Notes under the pieces: generated by a model
Seen by the model: only the letters and a program-made list of their open reading frames with translations
Told to the model about the DNA's origin: nothing
Database searches by the model: none
NCBI GenBank assembly: GCA_021613535.1
Contig: CP075495.1
Coordinates: 13,764,001 to 13,828,000, forward strand
DNA length: 64,000 bases
From: Adineta vaga
Lineage: Eukaryota; Animalia; Rotifera
Direction: 5' to 3'
Shown: positions 1 through 14,949 of the stretch, piece by piece
How positions within the stretch are numbered: position 1 is the stretch's first letter
How the letters are laid out: every line of letters begins with the position of its first letter
Program-made: the position numbers and the translations under genes

Positions 1-899
1 TACGTTCGATATGTCCAATAAATTTTTCAAAAAAAGCTCATATATAGCACGTTTTAAAACTTTTTAATATTGTTCTTTTTGCTCATGATATATTTTCGTA
101 TGTAACTCGTGAATTAGTGTTTAGCTTCTATAATTAAATCTTAGGATCGAATAATTAAAATTATTACGATACTTTCTATAAATATAAGTGAATCATAAAG
201 AAGAAAATCGGTACGCCTAAATCACGAAAAAGGTTGAGCCGTAGTACTATAGTTTCGTATATATACACTTCATACACCGATGTATGATTTGACAACTTTC
301 ATAGATGACGTCATTCTTCCAAAAAGAACAACTGCATTGATTGCTGTTAGTCAATGAATAGCACTCGTTGATTTCTATGTTGATCGAATTCATAAGCATA
401 TCTATTGGGAACATGTGTGGATCTCCGTCTAAAATATTCTCCAAATATTTAAAAAAATAACAAACAGAGAATTATAGTATGATCTAGAATTATTCAGAAG
501 GTCACATTTACTTCTCACATATTTATAGACTATATGTCGAATACTAGTTAATGAAATGAAGATTTACAATTATTGTTTTATTCTCTCGATTGTTCTTGTT
601 TTAAAATTTGATTTGTTTTGCATATCGTATAATTAGGATTTGCGATAGACAAAGAGAAAACAAAACGGAATTACACAACAAAGAAAGACAATTGACAATA
701 GTTAAGAGTTCGATTTTTGTGCAATCTAAAAGAAACGTTTACATATGTTTATGTTAATATATCCACACTTATCAGTTAAAAGTCAACGGTGAACATACAC
801 CCATGAGAAAAGATACATTAAATATGGAAGAATGTGGAACATACAAATAAATTATTGTTTGATTGTCTCACAAAGATGAAAATGTCGTTATATTTTTTT

Positions 900-2491
900 T
901 TATTCATTATCCGAATGATTCGTTGTATCAATCAGTTTGCTGTCTATTAATGAACTAGTAGTCGAGTCATTATCATCATTGATCTGATTTGATTTGAATT
1001 TTTTGGCAGAATTTTTCAATGCTTGTCGTTTATTACAGAACCTAGAAAGTAGATATTGATTATATTGACAGTAACATAAATTGAAATTTGCGATTCATAC
1101 CAAACGCGTATGACTTCTCGATCATAATTCAATTGTTGGGCAAGTGTTGACATATCAATACCAGATGGATGTGTATTGATTTCGAATGCATCATTCAATC
1201 TTTCTAATGCTTGAGGAGTAAATGATGTTCTTCGTTTACGTTTCTTTGCATTAAGATCTGTTACAAGTTCATGTAAATTTGTTGGACCATTTTTCAAACT
1301 TTAAATATAAAAATCAAATGATATATAATTAAGCTCTAGTATTCAGTTCAAGAAAGGTTCTTCATCTTACCGATCACCATATTTTAATTCAGCTTCATGC
1401 ATCCATTTCTCAAGTACCGGTTTAATTTTTGATGCACTCTTTGGTGTTATGTCAAGTTTTTCAAAACGACATATAGCGGATTGGCTATATGCTGGTCCAC
1501 GAGTAACACTCAATGCTTGACCAACTTGTGTTTGTGTTAAGCCTAATGCTAATCTTCGTAATTTAAAAGCTTTAGCAAATTTTTTAATTTCCTCTAAATT
1601 AATTCCATCAACTGTTGTCGTTGATGTTATAGCTGTTTCATCTGAAATACAAGATAAACATAATAAAAAAACAATCATTATCATCAATAATCATACTATT
1701 ATTTAGAGGTAATGTTGCAAGTGTTGTTGCAATTGTTGGAGAATTATCTTCATCATCAAAGGTTGATTTTTCATTTGTATCCGACGAACTATTTAGATGT
1801 ATTATATTATATCAAACCAATCAATGATCATTAAATGTGTACCTGCCATCAATTGATTCATTTCTGTACTTCATATTCACAGGTGAATTTGTTCTTGTCT
1901 AAACATAATATTAAAATGGATTCTTATTTTATTCAATTAATTATTTTTTACGGAAATTGGTTCTGTATGTGATGATTTTTGTATTTTGTTATTATCGATA
2001 AGTGTTGGTATTGGACCGAGTGCTATTTAAAAGAAAAGACAAACCGGAAGAGAATAATGACATACGAAGACATATATATATTATAAGAGAATAACTTACA
2101 AGAATTTTGTTGTTGAAATAGGAGAGCACTATTATTTAGAAGTAATTGTAATGCATTTGTAAGAGGATTATTAGTAAATGATAATAATGGAGGACAAGTT
2201 GCTCCTAATAAAAAAAGAAAGATGTAAATAATTTTTTTATTTCAAATATAAACCGATTCAATTACCAGAAAGTAATAATTGTGTGAACAATTGTTGCTGT
2301 TGTTGTTGAGATGTTAGATTAGGAAAAAGTGTTGAAAGAAAGGGATTCATATGAAAATTTGATGATGTACAAGATGTATTCATTGAATGATCTAAATAAA
2401 AGAAATTTTTTTAACAAAAATGATTGATATGAATCGATAAAAATTTACCTTGTGATTTTCGAGATTTTTCAGAAGTTGTTGGAAGTGTCAT
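900..2491 (-). CDS. POU6: POU class VI homeobox transcription factor (POU6F/pdm3-like), multi-exon
   Basis: POU-specific domain INLEEIKKFAKAFKLRRLALGLTQTQVGQAL...YSQSAICRFEKLDITPKSA (1367-1650). Homeodomain KRKRRTSFTPQALERLN...REVIRVW|FCNKRQALKN is joined across an intron at 1042-1100. Stop at 900-902. The ATG at 2491 (MTLPTTSEK) is inferred from short upstream exons. Confidence 0.93.
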
Positions 2492-4060
2492 ATAGTTATG
2501 TTCTAAAAGTGTATAATCTTCAATATATTTGACTTATCTTTATTTTAAAATCAACTGTTTACACATCTCTCATTCTTATTTTAACTTGACTGTTTATATA
2601 TTCTTATCGCGCGTGTATACTGCTCTCGCACTTACTCGAGAATGTGAAACACACCACACATACTCTATCACTTTCGAGTAAGTAAGCACCATCTCCTCGC
2701 GTTGTCCCATTGGTAATTTGATTCCACAACTTTTTTTTTGTTCTATACTACTCGATGACTATGCATTGTATTTTATGCGCAAACGAAACAGATAGATAGG
2801 CAATAGAGACGCCGGAACGAACTAAAATATAAATTGACTTTCGCTGTTTAGTGCTACATCGATCGAATAAAGTTAAACTCGAACCAGGTGCAATTTTAAT
2901 TGTATGTATGTATATGTATGCGCATATCTATCTCTATACGCATAAGTGAAATTTTCACTCATTTTCACCAAACAACGATCATAAAATAGGCAAGAGAGCG
3001 AAAAAAAAATTCGAAAAGAAACACATAAATTAAAGAGATTGTTCCATATAAGCAAGAAAGAAGAGAAGAAAGAGAAAAAGGAAAAAAGCTCATTAATATT
3101 ATCTTGATAACGAAATCGAAGTACATATGTAAAAAGAAGAAAAGAATAATGATGATACTGTTTATGCAAATGTAAAGAGAAGAAAAAAATTCGTAGTTGT
3201 TGCTGTCGTTTTGGATAATTTATGCTAAACGCACATCAACAGACAAAACGAAGAGAAAAGAATGATGGAGAAATAGAGAAAAGACTCTATCACATCCAAA
3301 AAATCGATGAGAATGAACAAAAAAAAGAATATTCACAATTATGCACAATCGACACTATCTCTCTTTTGCTTCTATTCTATCTCTACTTGCTTTGCTTGTC
3401 AACGAGCGATTCATATTTCTTTTCTTCTTGTTCTTCTTTTTTAGCCTCTTTTGTTATATGTTTCCAATATGTGCAAAAAGAATAAAAAAAAAGGAAGGAG
3501 AAAGAATATTGAAGAAGAGAAGAAAAGAGATTTCTTTCGATCATGATCATATGATGATAATGATGATGATGACGATGATGGTGATGAACATCTCTCTACT
3601 CGATTATTATAGCACGCAACTCTACGATCTTACGCACAGAGAGTATATATATATCTATGTATACATCGACAGAAGTTTTCTTTTTCTTTCTTTTATTTTC
3701 GTTATTATTATTATTGTTGTTGTTAAAAATACTTAATTTGGTCGCTTACTGATCGAGAAAAAGAAATTTCTGATAGGTCCACATTATAAAATAAGCTTCG
3801 TCACACCCATTATCTTTTTTTTCTCTATGCATTATAGATCGTTTCTTTCTCTTTCTCTCTTCCCTGATTATAATAAATCATCATCTCTTTTTCGGTCGGT
3901 CGTCGTCGGAATCACATTAGCAAAAAATCTTTTCCCTTCTCGTCTTCTTCTTTCTTGCGTTCATTCAAATGAAGAGTAGTGAATGCGGAAGAGAGGACAT
4001 TATCCCCCAAAAAAAATCTCACTATGTCGCTCGTGCAGAAATAGTAAGAGAACTTTTTTC

Positions 4061-4084
4061 ATATATATATATATATATATATAT
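4061..4084. repeat. (AT)n microsatellite
   Basis: Direct reading; similar tracts near 13459-13481, 43824-43843 and 53500-53523. Confidence 0.9.
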
Positions 4085-5266
4085 CGTCTTCATAATGATG
4101 TAGAAGACGCGACATCGAACAAATTAGTGAGTGTATGCTGACGAGTCTGTAAATTGGACAAACATGTCTCTATCGGAGTTCTCGCTCGTTCACTCACTTA
4201 TATACTCATGCATTCATTCAATCGAACGTTTGAGATATATAGAAAGAAAAATTGAAGATGACGAAGAAGAAAAATCATTCAGTATAAAACTTAAAGATAA
4301 CAAAATTCTTGTCAGAAATAATACTAATGAACAAAATCGAAGAGAATAATGTTAATAAATAACAAAAATGTTTTATATAGTAGAAAAATCTATCTTAAAT
4401 AAATTTTCACACATTTGACAAAGATCAATGGCAGAGAGATGAAAATAGATGTGTTAATAAATAAAAAGCATTATTATAATATATATATAATACAATATTC
4501 AAATCTAGATAAAGCACATAAAAACAACATTTAGAAAGTTTATTTCATTTATTGACATTTCCGTTATCGTGGATAGAAGTTAGACTATCTAAATACATTT
4601 TCTCAGAATGATTGCAGATAATTTTACATTTATGATGAAACAAAAACAATAAGATAGTTTCATGTTAGATATAAATAATTCTAGGCGAATATTGATTTAA
4701 ACAGGATAATTATTAATGAACTATTTATCTATAACTATTCAATTTCTCCATATGATTTAAAGAGAATTCTACTCATAATTTATCTTGAAGATACTGACAA
4801 TGATATAATTCGAAATCTAACTAATATGTCAAATGAATGTTACTAATACTTACGAAAAAGATCTAAGGAGGTAACAATTCCAAACGATATACTTGTGTGT
4901 CACAAGAAACAATCTGTGCAATTCTACTTATTATCGACTAAATAGTTTCACATTTTCCTGTTTTATACACTTCATTGATTGTGAGAAATTTGTTTTACTT
5001 TTATTAGATTGGAGAATAGAAATATATTGTTGATCGTACTCAAAATACGACAAGTTGAAACATTTTCTCATAATATAAAAAGAACTGAACTGAACTGAGC
5101 TGATAGTAATGGATAAATTCATTAGACAATAGACTCAATTCCATTCATCAAGGATCAAATAATTCAAATCTTCAATAATAATTGTCTTTTATTAGTTTAA
5201 GAGATAAATACAACAACAAAAATTCCGTTTCATTTTCACTATGCAAAAAATCGTCACTGTATATTT

Positions 5267-7217
5267 TCAAGTTAAAATATCAGTGACAATTTGAGTATAG
5301 TCATATGCGGAACTACAATTCAATGGTACTGTTGAAGAAGAAGACGACGACATTATTTGAAGAATCCATTGATGATAAGCTGATACACGTGTATATATTC
5401 CACCACTATTTGCACGACTACAACCATCACCAAATGATACAATACCAACGATATACCATCGATTATTTTTGTATAACATCAATGGACCACCTGAATCTCC
5501 GCGACCTATTACATACCGAATAAACAAACAATCTAATTATTAGATAGAAATTTTTGTCTTACAAGCATCTTTTTTTCCATCAGTCCAGCCAGCACACATT
5601 TGATATTCAGTTGATTCAATTGATGAACAAAGTGATGGTGGAAGCATATGTAAATCTGCGTGCATTAAAGTATTTAAACTTGAACTATATTCAGCATTGG
5701 AACCCCATCCAGCTACCCATACTCGTGTACCATTATCAATAGTTTGTTCATCTGTTGGTAAACAAATTGTATCTACTAATGAACTTCGTATAACTGGTTG
5801 TTTTAATTTTAATATTGCTATGTCATGTAGAAGTGTATTATGATTGAAACCGGGATGAATACATGTATGTTCAAGTGTAAATGTTCGTGGTTGTCTTTTA
5901 TTTGTATTATCACCATGAACAATATCATTTTCAACATTAATAACATCAAATGATACACGATATGTATCTTTTAATGATGATTGATAACGATTCGGCAAAC
6001 GCATCGTATCAAATGTTGGTAATTGATTACTAAGACAATGTGCAGCAGTTATTAAATAACGATTTGCAATTAATGTTGCTGCACATTTTTGTGTAATATT
6101 TATCCAACGATTCATATCATCACGGAAATACACTCCAACAACAGCCATCCATGGCCATTGTCCACGATAGGATTGATCGCCATTGACAATACGTGCAAGT
6201 CGTCGATTAACAGGTAAACCGCATTCTGTACATTCACCAGTATCACTTTTTGTAATATTTAACGTGCAACAATCAAAACGATCTCGTGTTAATATACATG
6301 AACGACCACGTTCACACATTGATGGCATTAATGCACATTCATTAATTTTCGAACATTGTCCATTTTCATACATAATATGACCTGGGAGACACTAAAAATA
6401 GACGTATATGATTCATTTTATGATAAGGATTCTTTTTTTTCTTATTTCATACCTGACAATTATATCCATCAGATGGTGATATAACACATTCACTATGAGG
6501 ACCACAAAGATCATTTTGTTCTGCACAAATATTTCGTGGTATACATTGTTCATTATTTCCTTGATTGACTAAACATTGACAGTAGTAACGACCTGGCAAA
6601 TTAATACATGTACTTATATTCGTATTACATGGATGATAAAGATTACATTCATCGATATCAATACAAGAATCTTTATCTTGTTCTCGAATAAAACCTGGTC
6701 GACATCGACATATATAACTACCGATAGTATTTATACATTGCATATTTAGACCAGTACATGTATGAAATCCAGCACCATTAAAACATTCATTTCGATCAAT
6801 ACATGTACATGATGATGTTAATAAATTTCGTTCGTATCCATTTGGACAAAAGCATGATGATGATGAGAAATGAATGGTAAGATTTGTTGTTAGAAGTAAT
6901 AGAAGAATAGCTATTAAGAAGAGTATTAAAATAAGAATAAATAGAAATAAATAACGATAACGATATCGATAGAAACACGTCTGTTTCTTTTTATCATTGG
7001 TAAAAATCGATGGAGTATATGTCGGATGAATTGTGAACGAACCATTTGTTCGAGTAGATACTGATGCTCGAGTCGGACAATTTGATTGATTCCGTAAAAC
7101 ATTGAGAGCATAAAGTTGATAAAATAATAAGGATCGAGTAGGTTCTGTCGGAGTTACAGAAGTAGAATTAGTTTGAAAAGGTAAACCATAGAGAGAACGT
7201 CGAAAATTTCTAAACAT
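5267..7217 (-). CDS. Type II transmembrane trypsin-like serine protease with EGF/calcium-binding EGF repeats
   Basis: Hydrophobic anchor LFLFILILILFLIAILLLLL; EGF repeats (CIDRNEC...CINTIGSYICRC, CIDIDEC...); activation site R-IVNG; catalytic motifs TAAHC, HDIAIL and GDSGGP; S1 Asp in KDAC. Introns near 6395-6451 and 5506-5558. Confidence 0.92.
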
Positions 7218-9246
7218 ATAAATGAATTATCAGACTAAATGTATTGCATGAACAACGACTAAAATTTCCAGTCAAATATCATTATCACAAGTTCTCGAAA
7301 GAAATCTGGATAATGATTGACCTAAATTCTGTTATCTGTGTCCCCGGTTTTTGCATGTTCTGGTTCTTGTTATAACATACTGAGAAAGACATCATTAATG
7401 ATCATCATGAAATCACACGTAATCACTAGTAGAAAACATGCATTCAAACCGGAAACTTATATTCACTCTCATTCTCTTGCTCATCTTCATAATGATAAGT
7501 AGTCTCTAAAACAAAAATCTAATAATTGACTCATTCAATTACAATACTTTTCAGATGCTGCGATATAATTCTTCATTAATAGACCAGTAACGATCATGAC
7601 ATGTCATTGAACTAATACTCAATAGATACAAATGAATTAACTCATTTATTCATCAATATTCTTTACTCGATTTACTTTTAATCTATATTTGATTCACATT
7701 GACATACGAAACACGTTCTAGCATGAATCTAAATCACATGAATTGTAAATTATGATTATGTATAGCATCATGAATTGAAAGAAAAGGTACTAATTTTTAT
7801 TATTCAAACAATTCGATGAATATAAGTTTGATTATTTTCTTCGTTATGAAGGATCTGTCAAAGTATGAAATCGAGGTTTTTATTTCTTTTGATAATCTCC
7901 AGATATCTATTCTATCGTCCTTTTTTTCTGACTAATAGTTTATATCTTTAGAAATAAATGAAAGCAGATGGCAAAGACATTTAAGAAAAATAATTGAATA
8001 TAACGATGAAGAACAATTATCAATGACTTACCTGATTGTATCAGTTGAAATTTTAGTTATGGGTATTGATATATCACTATTACCATCAAATAATGATGGA
8101 TCATCAACGATATTTTCATTCGAATGAATGGCATTATTTTGAATCTGAGAAAAATCCACTTCTGTATTCATCCATTCAACATATGTAAGACTCGTGCTTG
8201 TAACAATGAAAACTGGTCATTTATGTCAAATTGTAAGATGACAGGAGCCGAAGATAAATATCACCTTCGGCGTACGCGTACAAACCCTAAGCCATCACAC
8301 TATTAAGATAAACAGAGAAGAAAAAAAGGCGACAGTCGATGTCGACGATGTTTGTAGTATTATGTATTATGTTTGTATACTTCGATGACAAAACTTGTAA
8401 GAACAAAAAATGTTACATAAAGATTTAGAAAAAAAAGATTCTTTTTAAGTAGATTAACTGTAAATACTTTCGATGATTCATCATGTTTTTTTTATTATGA
8501 TCGATCAATAAAAATGGATTCAAGTGCATTTGATGAAATTTAATAAGATGTTATCGAATTTGTCGTTTTGATAATCTTAAATAGAAATAATGAATGCGTT
8601 CGTATAACTAGATTTAGTCTTTCCTATAAGAATGATGATGACGATGTAAATAAAACAAAAATTTCTGCTGAATAGATTGTTAGAATGTGCATATCACTGT
8701 CATGTTGCATCAAAGTGATTGTTAACATCTATCTCTTTACATATTTATATATGTGTTGATTGTTAGAAGACGAAGAAAAAAGAAAAATGAAGAGACTAAA
8801 AAAGAGATAAAAGAGGAAGAGAAATAAGGAAAAGAAGAAATTTCCAAACATAGTAATAAATGTAACAAGAATAGGAGTAGACTCTTGTTCGATTCTCTGT
8901 CAGCTAGAAAGCACGATCTGATAGACTACTAACCATCTGTCGATCGTACTGTAATAAAGAAATTTCTATATTGAAGATAATTTCATTTTTTTACAAAATT
9001 AATTTACAAACGAAGAAAAACGTTGTTCTCAGGTATGTGCATATAAATGATACTTCACTGTCATTATTCATTATATTCGCGTGAGAATAGATGGATGACA
9101 CATATGCATTATTGTGAGACAAACTATTTCCGTATTCATTGCATTACACGACTGTTCTATTTTGATTATCAACTTTTTAACTTTTGTCTTATAGTATTTC
9201 TAGAGAAGAAAAATATTCTTATTAGTATTGATTTATAACTTTAGAC

Positions 9247-12200
9247 ATGGAATCATTTTTTCGGCGCATGTCATCAATAGTTTCAAAGAATAGTTTTAAA
9301 TCAACGGATGTAAATGAAAATGAACAAGAAAATAGCGAAGAAGATTATGGTCGACTAAGATGTTTTCGTGAAATGCAAGAACGACGGAAGTCAGCACCTG
9401 ATATTCACAGACGTGCAAATGCGACTTCCATAGCATCCATGCAGATTGAAGAAAATGATATATCAACTGAACAAATGAATCTACCAAGATCAACAACAAC
9501 ATCAAAAACAAATTCTACTCAATTCTCACGGCCTCATTCTAATTCTACAAGTAAGTTGTTTGAAAAATTCCTTTGAGATTTCAGATTTTTATAAAAACGA
9601 GGACGTGTACTATGTTTTTCTTTTAAGGTTATTTTCAACATTCATGCAGTAGTGCCACTTTAACTAGCTATATGTTATTAATAGAATTCGAAAGATAGAT
9701 TTATAATTGATAATTCGATGATTAAAATAGAAAAAAATATGAATTATAAATTATATTTTAAGAAAAAGAAATCTTCATTGTATAAAAAATCTTTGAATTT
9801 TGAGAAATTAATATTTGACTATTCTCTTACACAATCAATCTTACTTATGATATAAAAAGCAAATAAGTGTTGAAAAAACATAGACAGTAAATTCATCAAA
9901 TATTTTAGATTAATTTTACAATGATCTGACGTAGGCTAAAAGAAGAGAGAAATAGAGAGAAATTCATTTAGCCGTTAGATGATCTTCATGAATAGAAAGG
10001 TCTATAATGTATTTCATAGTTTTTAAAGGTTTCTTTTCTTGTTTATATTCCTTGAACGTTATTATTTCGTGTCTCTACTCAATCATCACTAATAAATGCG
10101 TTGTTTCTATTTCTTTTGCTTTCAATTTATCTAAAAGAATAGAGTAGAAAAGTTCCTTTTTCTTTTTTCTTAAAGATTTCGGCCTGATTTTAAGAAATAT
10201 CATGTTTTCTTTTTCATGCTGTTTTGAAAACAAAAAAATGTCATTTTTGAGGTATAAATATATCTTAATAAAGTGTATTGTTACGAGAAAATAGCTTTAT
10301 TATTTGTAAATATTTCAAGTGCACTTTGATTCAATCCTTTGATGAATGAATCCATATAAGATTCGAGGGTAGAATCGAAGAATTGTTTTTTGGTCGGAAA
10401 ATCATGAATGAAGATGAAATTCTTTTCTTTTATTCAATCGAGAAGAATTTCTTGTGAATTAGTTATTCAATCTTGCATTCTTCAATCTTTGGAATCCACA
10501 CACATACATACAGAAATCTTTCTTTTGAAAACATTTTGTCGATTTCTGTCTTTTTCTTATTGATATTATGTGGAAAATATGCTTGTTAACTTTTATCAAT
10601 TGACTTTTTCTACATGAATGAATGATGTTTCACATTAATTTTTGCTGTATTAATATATAGATAGAAAATACTCATAATAATTCAGAGCAGAGAAATTTTC
10701 TTTCTCAATTTTTATTTGATTGTTTCCAATCGGAAGTTGAATGATGGAAAGTATGTATTCATTCAAAACAATGTAGCGGAATTAAATTAGTTTGTTAAGA
10801 AACGATATTGATCTCTGTTTGCTGTTATCTTGCCGATCTTTGATCATGTCAAAGTTTTGATGTTGCCTATTGTCTTATATGAAAGGAAAAGGAGGTACCA
10901 TCTAATATATGAATCATAAAATAAAGACAAAAGAATCAAGGAAACATAGAGCGAAACGACGCACAAATAAGTTATTGTTTCTCCTATATCTAGGACTTAG
11001 CTATTCAGATAGTCGCTTTCGTCACAAGTATTGAATGTGTTTCCTTTATGCTTACTTATTTTATTGTTCCAATGGGACACGGAGACTTAGAGAAAGAGAG
11101 GGAGAAAAAAAGAAGAAGTAGTAATCAAGAAAAAATATAGTAAGAATAAACCATATACGAGAGAGAGAGAGAGAGAAACAGGGTACGAGCAAAGGGAATA
11201 ATCAACATTTTTATTTATTCCTACTCGACAGAAGTTTAAATCTGCGTGACTTCGATAGTTGAATCAATATAATTATGTATTTTCGAATTCGCGACTAATC
11301 CGCATTTCATTTTACTTAATTTTCATATGTTCATGTCTATTAATGATTTCTGTCTATATAAAAACATTCATTGTTATATTATTTGACGATCAATAACAAT
11401 TCAAACGTATGGCTAAAATAGGTTCTTTTCTTCGTCGTTTTTTTAATTCACATTCTGCTGATGATCAGAATTCATCATCAACATCTGAACCTCAATGCAA
11501 TATCATTCTCATACCTCCATCATCACCAACGAATGTAATCACATCTAAACCAACAACTCTCGCCACACGATCATGTACAGTATCACCTCAATTATCTCCA
11601 CAGCCGATAATAAAACAAACTGTTGATAAAATCAATACAACATCAAATTCAAATTTTCTTTCATCAGATATTAATAAAAGCAATGTTCGACGTTTAAGTG
11701 CTCCTCTTCTTATTCAAACATTTACTACTCAGCAATCTCAATATTCATCAACAATTGTTAATGAAATAACTGAACAAGCATTAATAGCTTCACTTCATCG
11801 TCTCTCCATTTCATCAGTACCAGCTGCTACTCTCTATCATAAATCTAGTAATCCGAGTTTAGGTAATACTTGTATAAGTAATACACCAACACATCCTTTA
11901 TCACGACCAGAAGTTCGTTCAGCGTCTTTCAATTTAACAACATCGCCGAGTTCGATCAGTAACAATCTCGTAGGAAACAATAATTCATCATCATGCGGTA
12001 GGTGGAGAGATATTTGTTTACTTTATTTCATTATTTACAGATTTAAATACGCGATATAATCTAACTTCTGTTCAGTCTTTTATATTCTATTCGTAAGTTT
12101 TCTCTTGTGTCAACGATGTCAATCAAACAAATCTGATTTGTATTCATAATGAAAAGAGAAGAAAAGAAAAGAAAAGAAGAAGGGAACGACGACGACATGG

Positions 12201-14949
12201 AATAAAAGAGTGATCATTTCTCATTAGATAGAATCAAAACTGATCGCTTTTCTTTGTACTCAGTTCTTCTGCTTGTATTTTATATGTATCGTATAATCTA
12301 TCCAGAAATCTCATTTATAAAAAGGAGATGGAAATTTGTATGATGGTAACAGACATTGATTGAATGACGTCTATCATTTGTATTGTTCTTTAGATCTATA
12401 TAGATGCTTTTTTTTATTATTTTGATTGTACGCAAAAGAATTCTGAAGGACAACAATGAGAATAATCATGATCATCGTTGTGATAGAGAAAAAGTATAGT
12501 TTCAGCAAGATATCTAGCAAATATTGAAATGAAAATAAGAATAGAAACAACGGAAATTATCACGGTGTCAATGGATTGATTCTGAAGCACTAAAAAGAGA
12601 ACAGTTGACAAAGTCAAAGATGAAGAGCAAAAAAAGGTAGACAAAGGAAAAGATGTTGATGAATATGAGCATGAAGAAAAATAACTGTTTTATAATTGTG
12701 ACTGCTTGAAATAATCTTTGTTTGAAAGTAATGAGTATTTTTACAAGGTCTAGCTGGATGTGATTCAATGTGGTTATGTATGCTTTTGATTTCCGTTGTC
12801 GACATGTTGTATGTTCATTACTAGAACATGCCTTTTGCAAGAGTATTAAATGAGTTCAATGTGCCCGATCTTGCTCTTTCTCGCTTAATGTTATTCTTTT
12901 CCGAACACAATGACGACAGTAGAAGATCGCTAGAGAGAGTGTGGATGAGAAATAAGATTGTAACTACTCAAATATGTTAACTTTTGTCTTTTTAACTCTA
13001 ATTGATCTCAACTTTATTTTGTCGTTTAGTACCACTTACTATCATAATCAAATAGAAAATTCAAAAGAAAAAAGAAGAATGATAGTAAGAATATGTCCTC
13101 AGATATTTATTTGAAGAAAAATTGCATTTTCTATATTTTCCTTAAATTTGAAAAAGAAAAGGCATATATTCAAACAGCTCTAACTACAAACGATCAGTAC
13201 CAGATAACATTTTATTTTTTTGTCGTACATCAATATAAGCATGAGTTTTCTGATTTTATCTCATCTTGAAGAAATTCCAAATATAAGACAATGTCAATGA
13301 CAGTAATAGTACTGAGTAAAACTAGTCAAGTTGTCTTCTGTTTCTTTGCTATACATTTTTTTTCTTTACAATTTCTGTCTTGTCGTTAGTAATAAAATTT
13401 GCGCAGCACTCATGACCGAAACAGACATGAAAAATCGGAAAACTTTTTTCTCTTTACATATATATATATATATATATATATCTATACGCCTCTGATTTTA
13501 TTTTCTCTAGACACACCACCGTTACAATCTATCGTCGGTCCGCAATCTTCATCAACACGCGCCAGCATTCAATCAAATAATTCACCAGTACACAATAGTG
13601 TTATGAAAGATACTTCACCAACCAGTGAATCTATTATTTATAATCATTCAGATCGAAAAATGTCATTACCAGCAAGAGGACGACGTCCATCAATGTTTGA
13701 CCCAATTGATCCAAAAGAATTGCAACAAGCTTTATACGCATCTGCAGCTGCAGTAAGATGTTAATTTCTACAAATGAAACATATATCATTCATGTTTGTT
13801 GTTTTTTTAATATAATAGAAAGCATCTATTCCATCAAAAGCAGAAGATGAAATCGATTCCACTCGAGCTTTATCGTATATAAAACTTATTTATGATCGTG
13901 AAGGTGAACATGTTTTTATTGATAGCTTATCTTTTGAAAATATGCATATGCTCGATACATTCGCCAATTCTACTAGTAATATAAATTCTCCTTCAGCAAA
14001 TAATACCAATACAAATGGAAATAATAATAATAATAATAATAATGATTTAATTCCATTTTATTGTCGTTTTCGTTTATGTCCTGAACGGCGTAGTTTATTT
14101 CAAACCAATATTATTCGTCATCCACGTTCTCAATCATTTCATATATTCGATTTAAAAGAATTGCATGATATGAATATATCATCTGATCAATTATCAAATC
14201 ATTCTATTGAAATGATTTTATATAAAGTTGGAACAAATAAACCAACATATAAAGATATTCGTATTGCATCGGTTAAATACGATCTTGAAGGATTAATTGA
14301 AAGTGATGAAGTTTCCATTAAAAAACCACTTGATGAAAGTGATCCATCATCAATAATACAGGTGAAAATGTTTGTTATTCTTATGAAAATACAAAGTTAT
14401 GTTTTCTTTTAGGATCCTGATTTAGGTAATTTACTTGTTTCGTTATCTTATTTACAAAGTGCTGCTAAACTAGCTGTCGTTGTACTTGAAGCAAAAAGTT
14501 TACGACCACTTTCGATTGAAAGTAAACCATTTCCAGGTAAAACTAATTTTTCTCATTTCAATAAATAAAAATTTCATTTTCATCCTGTTTTTCATACAAT
14601 AGAAGCATGTGTCAAAGTTACATTATATGATCGCAATGGGAAAAAACTCAAACGTAAAAAGACAAGTGTTCAGAAAGCATCAGACTGTCCAACATTTAAT
14701 GAAGAACTTGTTTTTGAATTACGTCGTGATATAGCACAAGAAATTATGATTGAATTACGTATTGTACATGAATCATTATCTTACAAAGAACAACTTGGTT
14801 CGATTACATTTGGTCCAGCAATAGTTAATATGACAAAAGGATATATGACTCAAGAGAATGCATATTGGTCAATGATTTTATCTGGTGAATCTCTCAATGC
14901 CCAATGGCAAATATTGAAATTACCTACGAAAATTGAAGAATCCAAGTGA
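9247..14949 (+). CDS. Synaptotagmin-like tandem C2 protein without a TM segment, with two alternative first coding exons
   Basis: C2B-like DPDLGNLLVSLSYLQSAAKLAVVVLEAKSL...VKVTLYDRNGKKLKRKKTSVQK...PTFNEELVF...QWQIL, preceded by a degenerate C2A (13820-14361). Exons 9247-9550 and 11409-11997 both end in phase 1 and fit the acceptor at 13510/13511. Confidence 0.8.

Noticed and set aside
1-246. Possible end of a MITE (…AAAGGTTGAGCCGTAGTA)
   Set aside because: It looks like a terminal repeat, but no matching arm or second copy is visible in the window.
2873-4349. Several 60-130 aa ORFs upstream of POU6
   Set aside because: Low-complexity translations of microsatellite and purine/pyrimidine tracts with no domain or splice support. 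The same applies to ORFs in 42473-44983 and 51641-56576.
9241-9247. AG just before the ATG at 9247 as a trans-splice site
   Set aside because: A good cis donor (CAG|GTATG near 9032) lies upstream, so an ordinary 5' UTR intron explains it.
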